Shown one piece after another: positions 8,151 through 15,312 of a DNA stretch of 20,401 bases. Origin of the DNA: a virus. The position numbers and the translations under genes are program-made. The first letter of the stretch is position 1, and each line of letters begins with the position of its first letter. The DNA lies in the IMG/VR virus record IMGVR_UViG_3300006180_000013, positions 1 to 20,401 of that record. One strand, written 5' to 3'. Below the pieces are notes generated by a model. The model was not told the DNA's origin. It saw only the letters and a list, made by a program, of their open reading frames with translations, and ran no database searches.

Positions 8151-8428
8151 TGCACATAAGCAATAGTAAACCTCACTAATAGTGGATATGCACATAAGCA
8201 AGAAAGGAAATCAATAATTATGCCATTGCACGTAAGCAGGAGTATTTCTCAATAAAAGAAGTACTGCACACAAGCAAGGGTGGTTTTCAACAAGAATCCT
8301 ATTGCACACAAGCAATAATATTATTCAATAACTTATCCTCTGCACACAAGCAAAAGATAAATTTAATAAGTCACCGCTTGCACACAAGCAAGAAATATCT
8401 TCAATAAAAATCACCCTGCACACAAGCA
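8151..8428. repeat. TIGR-like dual-spacer tandem array: 8 edge repeats, 7 complete 38-nt units
   Basis: Edge repeat TGCAC(A/G)(C/T)AAGCA at 8151, 8189, 8227, 8265, 8303, 8341, 8379 and 8417 (period exactly 38). Each unit is edge(12) + variable 9 + loop NT(C/T)A(A/C)(T/C)AA(8) + variable 9. Confidence 0.92.
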
Positions 8429-8492
8429 AATGTATCCGCACTTCTATAGATGCAAACGGTAGTTCACCAGTTTCAAAACATATGTTTTTTGT

Positions 8493-9455
8493 TCAATTCC
8501 GACCCGCACTTCTATAGAGCGTCAGTCTACTTATTATTTCTCTTCTCCTCAATGGGAACTCTGTGGCAATTGCAGTTACGATACCATAAACTATTCCAGT
8601 CACCCCAAAAAGTTCTTGAAATAGTAAAGTCCACAGATAAATTCCGTAGCTCACCTCGCCCAGAAAGACCGTTATTCGGCTAAGTACTTTAGGTGGGTTC
8701 AGAATAAGGAGGGCGAAAGCGGGTAATGATAAGTTATAAATCAGAAACCTTGTGAGGAACTCATATACAAATTCGTTAGAGGAAAATATCAGTGCAGTAA
8801 AAACGTATTGAGCGTAAAGTATTAGCAGGAAATATTTCGCTTTTTTGGCTGATTTATCTTTCTGTTTCTTCTTCAAAAGGTAAGCAATTATTCCCCATCC
8901 GTATGCCCCTAACCAGAATGGAGGCATAAAGTAAAGTAAGTGAAACTCGTCGTAAGGAAGGAAGACGATAAAGAGGCTGTAGAAAAACGATATAAAAACC
9001 AATAAAACAGCTGTTTGAAACTTTGCTTTATCACTCATCGCATGAATGAAGGGGATGGCTAAGTACATCCATTCTTCTAGTTGGAGAGACCAAAAAAGGT
9101 ACTGGAAGGAAAACGGAGCAAAAACGAAGGAAACGAATGCAAAATGGAGTAACAAATCGTAATACGTCACGTCCATATGGAACACGTATCTGTCAACTAA
9201 GAACACTACGACGACGGCGAGGAAATAAAGTATCCATATCCTCCTCACCCTTCTCGTGAAGTAACGAGCTAGTGAGGGGTTTTCGTCGAGTCTGTTCAGA
9301 AGGAGAAAAATCGATAATTCGAAAAATAGGGGAACCCCTAACCAACCAGGACGAAACAACATAAAGGGAACTAACTGAAGAGTCCAAAGATGGTATAAAG
9401 CGACGGAAAAAGATGCAAAGAAACGTAACTGGGCTATTCGCGGGTCATACTCCAT
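8493..9455 (-). CDS. Membrane-bound acyltransferase family 3 (OafA-like, PF01757-type)
   Basis: Motifs RIAQLRFFASFSVALYH, GWLGVPLFFELS, YFTRRVRRI, WSLQLEEWMY and LGEVSYGIYLW; many TM segments. ATG 9455 has SD AAGGAG (the track starts at TTG 9503). Confidence 0.88.
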   Translation of the reverse strand: MEYDPRIAQLRFFASFSVALYHLWTLQLVPFMLFRPGWLGVPLFFELSIFLLLNRLDENPSLARYFTRRVRRIWILYFLAVVVVFLVDRYVFHMDVTYYDLLLHFAFVSFVFAPFSFQYLFWSLQLEEWMYLAIPFIHAMSDKAKFQTAVLLVFISFFYSLFIVFLPYDEFHLLYFMPPFWLGAYGWGIIAYLLKKKQKDKSAKKAKYFLLILYAQYVFTALIFSSNEFVYEFLTRFLIYNLSLPAFALLILNPPKVLSRITVFLGEVSYGIYLWTLLFQELFGVTGIVYGIVTAIATEFPLRRREIISRLTLYRSAGRN

Positions 9456-9463
9456 TTTAGTCT

Positions 9464-9481
9464 CCTTTGATATATCAAAGG
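9464..9481. promoter_or_regulatory. Perfect 18-bp palindrome between the divergent acyltransferase and RHH genes (candidate operator)
   Basis: CCTTTGATATATCAAAGG is its own reverse complement. Confidence 0.5.
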
Positions 9482-9521
9482 GTTCTTCGTTTTTTAAAAC
9501 CAATCTACTAAGAACATTATC

Positions 9522-9848
9522 ATGGGTAAGAGAATCATCTCGTTCAGACTGGAACGTAGCGTAAATGAATTGATTGAATCTAAGACTGAGAATAAGTCTT
9601 CATTCCTGAGAGACGCTATAAACTACCTCGTCAACGAAGGTATAACAAAGGATGATATACTAAAAGTAGCCTTATCTATCCCTGTAGACGAGAAGAAGCA
9701 AGTAAGTGTGAAAGTCGACGAAGAGACATTAGACAGGCTGAAAAGACTTGCCGAAGAGAACGATATACAAGTAAGTGAACTAATAAGAATCGCGATATGG
9801 AAACTCCTGTTGAAAGAAGGCGAAGTCAGTTCTCCTAAACCCCAATAA
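9522..9848 (+). CDS. Tandem ribbon-helix-helix (CopG/MetJ-like) DNA-binding protein, 108 aa
   Basis: Two RHH signatures: RIISFRLERSVNELIE…KSSFLRDAI and QVSVKVDEETLDRLKRLAEE…VSELIRIAI. Confidence 0.85.
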   Translation: MGKRIISFRLERSVNELIESKTENKSSFLRDAINYLVNEGITKDDILKVALSIPVDEKKQVSVKVDEETLDRLKRLAEENDIQVSELIRIAIWKLLLKEGEVSSPKPQ

Positions 9849-9893
9849 ACTTTTTTTAAACTCTGCTCAAACATATGTTTAAGTGACCCAAAG

Positions 9894-10112
9894 TTGAACC
9901 CGTTTGCAGTATTCTTCATCGCAGTTTTTGTCCTAATACCGTTTTTATTGCTTATCATCGTTTTGGCAAACGACTTTACTGGTATATTTTATAGCATAGA
10001 TGGGAGTTTATTCACACCAATTGCAAATATTGTAAACTATATGTTGTGGGCATTCGTAATTTTGGCAATAGCTTTGGTTGCAGTCATGATAATATATAGA
10101 GAATACACCTAA
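9894..10112 (+). CDS. Small two-TM hairpin membrane protein, 72 aa
   Basis: Two hydrophobic helices and a short polar C-terminus (YREYT); palindrome 13 nt before the start. Confidence 0.7.
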   Translation: MNPFAVFFIAVFVLIPFLLLIIVLANDFTGIFYSIDGSLFTPIANIVNYMLWAFVILAIALVAVMIIYREYT

Positions 10113-10202
10113 GCCTCACCCCTTCGCAGAATGCTTAACCAAAAAGCTCAAACATATGTATTTAAATATTTGTTTGACCAAGGAGTATACTCGGGGATAA
10201 AA

Positions 10203-10523
10203 ATGGTGGAATTAAGTGGCAAAATAATCGTAAAAGAAGTACTCTATAAGGAGTTGGAAAATGGTGCGGTCGTGGTGTACAAACTAGTGAATGAGGACTA
10301 CAACTTACCATTTAATGATTTCTATTTTGCGACATTCGATAATACATCTTCTGACGTAGTGTTTGGAGTAGGATATGATATCGAATCCGCACTTGAAGAT
10401 GCGGAAAAGAAGTGGCAGAGAGAAGTTGGTGGCTCTAATCCGTTTAGAGAAGTTTTAGAAAAATTAAAAGAAATAGAAAAATTAAAAGAAGAGAGCAACA
10501 ATATGTTACAGAACTACTACTAA
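10203..10523 (+). CDS. Single-domain paralogue of the 4443-5090 acidic repeat domain, ~106 aa
   Basis: DFYFATF…VVFGVGYDIESALEDAEKKW…NPFRE. The promoter context CTCAAACATATGTATTTAAATA matches that of 4443. ATG 10203 preferred over track start 10131. Confidence 0.8.
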   Translation: MVELSGKIIVKEVLYKELENGAVVVYKLVNEDYNLPFNDFYFATFDNTSSDVVFGVGYDIESALEDAEKKWQREVGGSNPFREVLEKLKEIEKLKEESNNMLQNYY

Positions 10524-10564
10524 ATACTTCTAGATTTTTTTTAAAAAAAAGTTCACTATTAGGG

Positions 10565-11032
10565 TTGGTCATGTTAATCGAGGACAGAATTTATCGCTTA
10601 ATCAAACTATTGCTTTATACCGCTAAAGAGGAGAATACAGAGGTCACTCCGACTAAACTGCAGAAGATTTTCTTTTTACTTGAGAAGGAGAAAGGGATTC
10701 AGTTAGGACTGGATTTTAAGCCTTGGTTCTTCGGTTCTTATTCATCAAAACTACAAGATTATATTGATAAACTAATCGAATCAGGAGAGGTTGATGTTGA
10801 GGAGGAGGAAGTAAGAGATACATTGAGCGGAGCAATAATAGGGTACATAAGGAATTACGTTTTAAAGAGTGAGTTAAAGCCTGAGGAAGAGGAAAAGGAG
10901 ATTAAGATGTTTTTCAGAGAATGGGTTAGGAAGAGTAGGTCTGAGATCCTAAACTACGTGTACAAGAAATACCCTGAATATTTTGAATATTCCATGATTA
11001 GAGATAAAGTTTTAAGTAGACTGAAAGAATGA
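10565..11032 (+). CDS. Winged-helix protein of the SocA/Panacea (DUF4065)/YwgA-like group, 155 aa
   Basis: TPTKLQKIFFLL…FKPWFFGSYSSKLQDYIDKLIESG matches the KLQK…F.(P/A)W.(Y/F)G pattern of that group. Confidence 0.6.
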   Translation: MVMLIEDRIYRLIKLLLYTAKEENTEVTPTKLQKIFFLLEKEKGIQLGLDFKPWFFGSYSSKLQDYIDKLIESGEVDVEEEEVRDTLSGAIIGYIRNYVLKSELKPEEEEKEIKMFFREWVRKSRSEILNYVYKKYPEYFEYSMIRDKVLSRLKE

Positions 11033-11173
11033 AGTCGACTTTTTATCCTCTTATTACGCTTGTTTCTGTCTAACTGGTTAGGCAGAAACTGCCCATATTC
11101 ACTACACCCAGACCAGAATCGGCGAAGCGAAAAGTTTATTAATTCCTCAAACAGATGTTTTAGATGAAGCAAA

Positions 11174-11605
11174 ATGTCGGTTTCAGTAGTCGTTCCATCC
11201 GCAAAAGCAACAGGAGGTAAAAAAGCAAAAATGTTCAAGGTAATTAAACTTCATAGACCGACTAAAATTCATGATCCAGGAGCAATATCAGGGTCGTTAG
11301 TCAAAGTGACGTTTGGAACCAACGGGTTTGACATACCAACAATAGCAATAGCCTTACTGATTGTCGGTGTGATAATAGGACTATCTGGTCTCATTCTATC
11401 TATCTTCGCCACAGCTACTGCCTCAGCAATAAGCAATCCGTCACCAGGAACATTAGCGTATAACCTAACACACCCGTTAGTCAACGGTATGGTATCGTTC
11501 TTCAGCTTCTTCCCAACGCTATACGTACTGCTCGGTGTGACCGGAATAGTACTTATCGCGGCAGGTATAATATCCATAATTATGGAGAAATTCAAAACTG
11601 GTTAA
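11174..11605 (+). CDS. Probable major capsid protein of spindle-shaped-virus type (basic N-terminus plus hydrophobic helical hairpin), 143 aa
   Basis: A K-rich N-terminal ~45 aa is followed by two long hydrophobic helices joined by a loop carrying an NLT sequon. Located in a cluster with a p131-like virion gene. Confidence 0.65.
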   Translation: MSVSVVVPSAKATGGKKAKMFKVIKLHRPTKIHDPGAISGSLVKVTFGTNGFDIPTIAIALLIVGVIIGLSGLILSIFATATASAISNPSPGTLAYNLTHPLVNGMVSFFSFFPTLYVLLGVTGIVLIAAGIISIIMEKFKTG

Positions 11606-11665
11606 AACTTAAAACCCTAAGTCAAACATATGTTTTTTCGCGAATTCATCTTTCCACCACCAGAG

Positions 11666-11694
11666 ACCCCGTCCGTGAGGGCGGGGTAGTTTAC
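11666..11694 (+). mobile_element. Isolated IS200/IS605-type right-end hairpin remnant
   Basis: ACCCCGTCCGTGAGGGCGGGGTAGTTTAC is nearly identical to the right end at 8117-8145. Confidence 0.7.
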
Positions 11695-11734
11695 TTCTTC
11701 TTCTTTTAAAACTCTTCTGTTATAAGATATTAAC

Positions 11735-12574
11735 ATGGCACTGAAAACACCGTCTTCAAACATAAGTTTGACAAATACTGTAGCCCCACACACACATGTA
11801 GCTCAACAAGTTACCGTTTTCTCGTTATTTCAAATACTATTATCCCCGCCATATGTTTACATCTTCATCGCTCTATTTATACTAATTATAGTATTTATTG
11901 CCGTATACTTAGCGTTCAGAAGGTCGTATATGAAAGACCCAATAAGAGGAGGTCTGATAAGGCAAATCCGTCGCTCTAAAAATAGTGACGTTGTAGTTGT
12001 CAATGTTGATATCTCTACCAGGTCTGCTCAACTATACATAGGTGAAAAATTATCGCCGTCGTTGTACACAGTTCATGACCCAGTTACAGGCGAAGAGCTA
12101 ATTGTCCCAGTCACCTCTGAATCAATGGTCGGAATGATACAATATGGGAAGATACATAGACCGTTGTTAATTACAATAAGGAAAAACAACACAATGCCGT
12201 ATGCGATAAGATTAGAGACGTTGGAAACATCGATACCTGTGTCTGAGTATGATACAGCAGAACCAGAATTATTAGCACAGTTGGCGAAGGTCAAAAAGAT
12301 GATTACTGGTGCTATAACGATATCTCCTACCACAAAACTTGCTATCGCTGTTGACCCTAAGTTATTACTTAGCCGTAGACTATCGCAGGAGTTAGAGATA
12401 TTAAGTACAATACCCACGACTGTTAAGGAGATGAATGCAAACTTAGTTAAGTTATTGAAGTTGCAGAATGAGAGTAGGCGCGCACAAACAATGGGCAGGA
12501 TAATGCTATACTTCGTGATCGGTATAGTAGTTATGATGTTATTAGCAGTACTATTCGGTCTTCATATAATTTAA
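11735..12574 (+). CDS. Membrane protein with N- and C-terminal TM helices, 279 aa
   Basis: Hydrophobic segments at about aa 38-60 and aa 255-279; TTTTAAAA upstream. Confidence 0.8.
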   Translation: MALKTPSSNISLTNTVAPHTHVAQQVTVFSLFQILLSPPYVYIFIALFILIIVFIAVYLAFRRSYMKDPIRGGLIRQIRRSKNSDVVVVNVDISTRSAQLYIGEKLSPSLYTVHDPVTGEELIVPVTSESMVGMIQYGKIHRPLLITIRKNNTMPYAIRLETLETSIPVSEYDTAEPELLAQLAKVKKMITGAITISPTTKLAIAVDPKLLLSRRLSQELEILSTIPTTVKEMNANLVKLLKLQNESRRAQTMGRIMLYFVIGIVVMMLLAVLFGLHII

Positions 12575-12657
12575 TTTTTTTTACGAGTTTGCTTCTTCCG
12601 TCTGTGATTAAATTTTTTAATAACTACAAGCAAACATATGTTTGAGTGGTGTAAAAA

Positions 12658-14898
12658 ATGAGTAGTAACAATGCTTCATCGCTGATTCCGTTAGACGAAT
12701 ATCTCTTGAAGGCTTTTTCTAAGTACGTTTCAACTAAAGATTTTGTATTTAACCCCAAAAATTACTCAAGGAATTACGACGGTTCATTAACATTAGTTAA
12801 CTATAAGCCTATGGCAACATCTGCATTTGAGACCTCGCCAGGATATATGCCATTTATACTCGAACTAAGTGTTTTGTATAAAGAAGTCCCCATCAGGAAC
12901 CCAGAAGACGTAGAAGTGAAATATGGCGAAAAGGATAAAGAAAAGACTATACACCTCAATTTGGGTAATCTCAGCAAGGTAATCGATGCATATGGTTTTT
13001 CGTATTATGAGAGGACTCTCAATCTTAATGTAATACAGGGTACTACAAATAAAGATTTTGTTTTTGATATGATCGTGCTATATCCAAAGTTTTCGTTTGG
13101 TAAGGACACTTCAGAAGAAGACAAGAAATCAGCTGAGGCAAAAGTAAAAACATTAATCCAAACATTAGAATCCACTAATTCTACAATCCGAGAAAATTTC
13201 GATATCACGTATACGATTCAAACTTCTCTCTCACGTGGCTTATACCCACGCATTTTCCTCATCCCCAAGGGGATTGTAAATGATATTTCCGATTTCTTGT
13301 TATCTCAGTACGAACAAAATTATGGTAACGTTACCATACCACCGGCAGAATTTGTACCTAATGAAAGTGTTCAGAGTCCAGAGTTGCAAAAATTCCTAGA
13401 AAAGTTACCGCTTGATCTCATTGCAGAAGCGGTTATAGGCACATATGGTTCTTATCCTGCAGTACTTCTACCAAAAGGAAACTATTCACAATATCTCACA
13501 GGCAATGAACGTATAATCAGTCTAGAAAAAAATGATATAATAGTTTTCACTACTTCTCAACAAATCCCTGCTCCTCAAGCTCAGGAACAACAGAATACGG
13601 TTTTAGGTACTCCACAACAACAAATCCCTGCTCCTGAACAACAGAACGTAGAACAGAACGCGGTAGAAAATAGTAATATTGAGCAAAATAAAGTAGAATT
13701 AGAAAAAGTACTCAATATGGAACTTTCACTATACATTCCAGATTGGCTAAGACCATACTTAAACAGATACGGCGTAAAACAAGGGGAGTCTTTAAGCAGA
13801 AAAGAGCGTGAAGAGTTTGCTGAAAAGGTCTGGAACGAGTTACAAAAGAATTGGAATAGGATCCTAGAATTGTTAGATACTAACAACGCCAGCATTCTCC
13901 CTACCACCGTCTTGGCGTTAGTTACTAAATTCCCATCTGAATACAAATCTTCAAGCAAGAAAGTTACATACCAGTCTGGAAATGTAATAGAAGAAACTAC
14001 TAGAAGTGTTCTATCTAATATATTCGCAGAACTTAGACAAAATTATCTTATACCGCTGTTAGACTCTTTCGCTCCAGACCAAGTGTTAGACTTAAGAGTC
14101 CTCAGACCGCTGAGTCCAGACGAGTTCGAAAGGTATCAAAATCAATTGAGTAACATAGTACAATTATACAAGTATGCGTATTTGATCTTCTCGTTCGTAA
14201 ATTTATTTAAGAATAAGAGTTACCAAGAGGTAAACGATACAATGAACCTTAAGGAAGCCAACCCTGAGAAGCTTAAATACCTTCAAGACCTTGTGGACGC
14301 TTTTACAAATCTACAGTCTGCAGGTTTCTCGTTACCCTTAATCGTAGATGCTAATAATACGTTGTTGGTCGGGTCGCCTAATGATTTGTTGCCAAACGGC
14401 AAGTATTCTGTACTAAGGATAAATGACCTCGACCTCAATAAAACTAATGAAGGGCAATTGAAGGAATTAAAATCGCTCTTGAATTTTGCAAAGAAAGCTT
14501 TTGACGATCAATATGGTGCGTTAATTGTTAAAACTACTGTAAGCCCCTCAACCCTCGACATGCAGGTGTTCAAAACTATAACAAAATTACTAGGAATATG
14601 CTCGGAAGAGGATGAAATCTGTTTGTACAAGGCGAGGCAAGAGTTATCAGCATTCCCTGAGACACTTAAGGACACGTTCATAGGTAATGTTGCAAAGGAA
14701 ACTGGAAGGAATCCAAAGTACAGAATACAATTAATTAATCTATTCGGTACACTGTTCGCACTTGTTAACTATTACAACTATCTGTCTGAATTAAAGAAAG
14801 AAGAACTGATGAACTACGGTATTAGTAAATTAACGCAGGGTGAAGAGGAAAAAGCTAAGAAGATCCTTGAGATGGTAAAGCAGGGCTTCAAGATCTGA
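12658..14898 (+). CDS. Large hypothetical (probably structural/assembly) protein, 746 aa, with a central Q/P/N low-complexity linker
   Basis: ORF track; internal 18-bp repeat CAACAAATCCCTGCTCCT (QQIPAP) at 13558 and 13618. Confidence 0.85.
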   Translation: MSSNNASSLIPLDEYLLKAFSKYVSTKDFVFNPKNYSRNYDGSLTLVNYKPMATSAFETSPGYMPFILELSVLYKEVPIRNPEDVEVKYGEKDKEKTIHLNLGNLSKVIDAYGFSYYERTLNLNVIQGTTNKDFVFDMIVLYPKFSFGKDTSEEDKKSAEAKVKTLIQTLESTNSTIRENFDITYTIQTSLSRGLYPRIFLIPKGIVNDISDFLLSQYEQNYGNVTIPPAEFVPNESVQSPELQKFLEKLPLDLIAEAVIGTYGSYPAVLLPKGNYSQYLTGNERIISLEKNDIIVFTTSQQIPAPQAQEQQNTVLGTPQQQIPAPEQQNVEQNAVENSNIEQNKVELEKVLNMELSLYIPDWLRPYLNRYGVKQGESLSRKEREEFAEKVWNELQKNWNRILELLDTNNASILPTTVLALVTKFPSEYKSSSKKVTYQSGNVIEETTRSVLSNIFAELRQNYLIPLLDSFAPDQVLDLRVLRPLSPDEFERYQNQLSNIVQLYKYAYLIFSFVNLFKNKSYQEVNDTMNLKEANPEKLKYLQDLVDAFTNLQSAGFSLPLIVDANNTLLVGSPNDLLPNGKYSVLRINDLDLNKTNEGQLKELKSLLNFAKKAFDDQYGALIVKTTVSPSTLDMQVFKTITKLLGICSEEDEICLYKARQELSAFPETLKDTFIGNVAKETGRNPKYRIQLINLFGTLFALVNYYNYLSELKKEELMNYGISKLTQGEEEKAKKILEMVKQGFKI

Positions 14899-14943
14899 TA
14901 ATATTTTTTAACCATTACTCAAACATATGTTTTGGGTGGAAAA

Positions 14944-15312
14944 ATGAATTGGTCAAATTGGGTTAGATCTGAGTTCGACGACTTACATCCAGAGAAGTAT
15001 GCAAGAGACGCACTACATGACTTTCTATTATTCGAAAAAGGTGAAATAGACTATCCAGAAGTGACGTTAAAACTCGCTGGTGATGAAGCGTGGTCTGACG
15101 CCTTCCCACCCCTAAAGAAAGCGATACATGACCTAGTCCTTCTAATAAAAGATAAAGTAAAAGAAAACGGTATACCAGACGGTACACCTGTACCACACTC
15201 CGTTAGGAAAGCGATACTTAAGGAAGCTAAGAAACGCGGACTATTGCAAACATTAGAAGAGTGGGCGAATGGCTTTGCAGAATCTCAAATTCTGAACGAA
15301 ATGGGTGATTAA
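14944..15312 (+). CDS. Bicaudavirus four-helix-bundle virion protein, ATV p131-like
   Basis: YARDALHDFLLFEKGEIDYPEVTLKLAGDEA…KKAIHDLVLLIKD aligns with ATV p131 as I recall it (YAGGAVKILDMFENGQLGYPEVTLKLAGEEA…KEAIHAIVKMISD). ATG 14944 has SD GGGTGG. Confidence 0.85.
   Translation: MNWSNWVRSEFDDLHPEKYARDALHDFLLFEKGEIDYPEVTLKLAGDEAWSDAFPPLKKAIHDLVLLIKDKVKENGIPDGTPVPHSVRKAILKEAKKRGLLQTLEEWANGFAESQILNEMGD

Noticed and set aside
7902-8163. ORFs 7902-8102 and 7972-8163 (minus strand)
   Set aside because: They lie antisense within the GC-rich IS relic, with no start signals or recognisable motifs.
8151-8428. CRISPR mini-array or simple minisatellite
   Set aside because: The repeat is only 12 nt, the inter-repeat segment contains a second conserved 8-nt motif splitting it into two 9-nt variable parts, no cas genes are present, and the variable parts are unrelated to each other (not VNTR-like).
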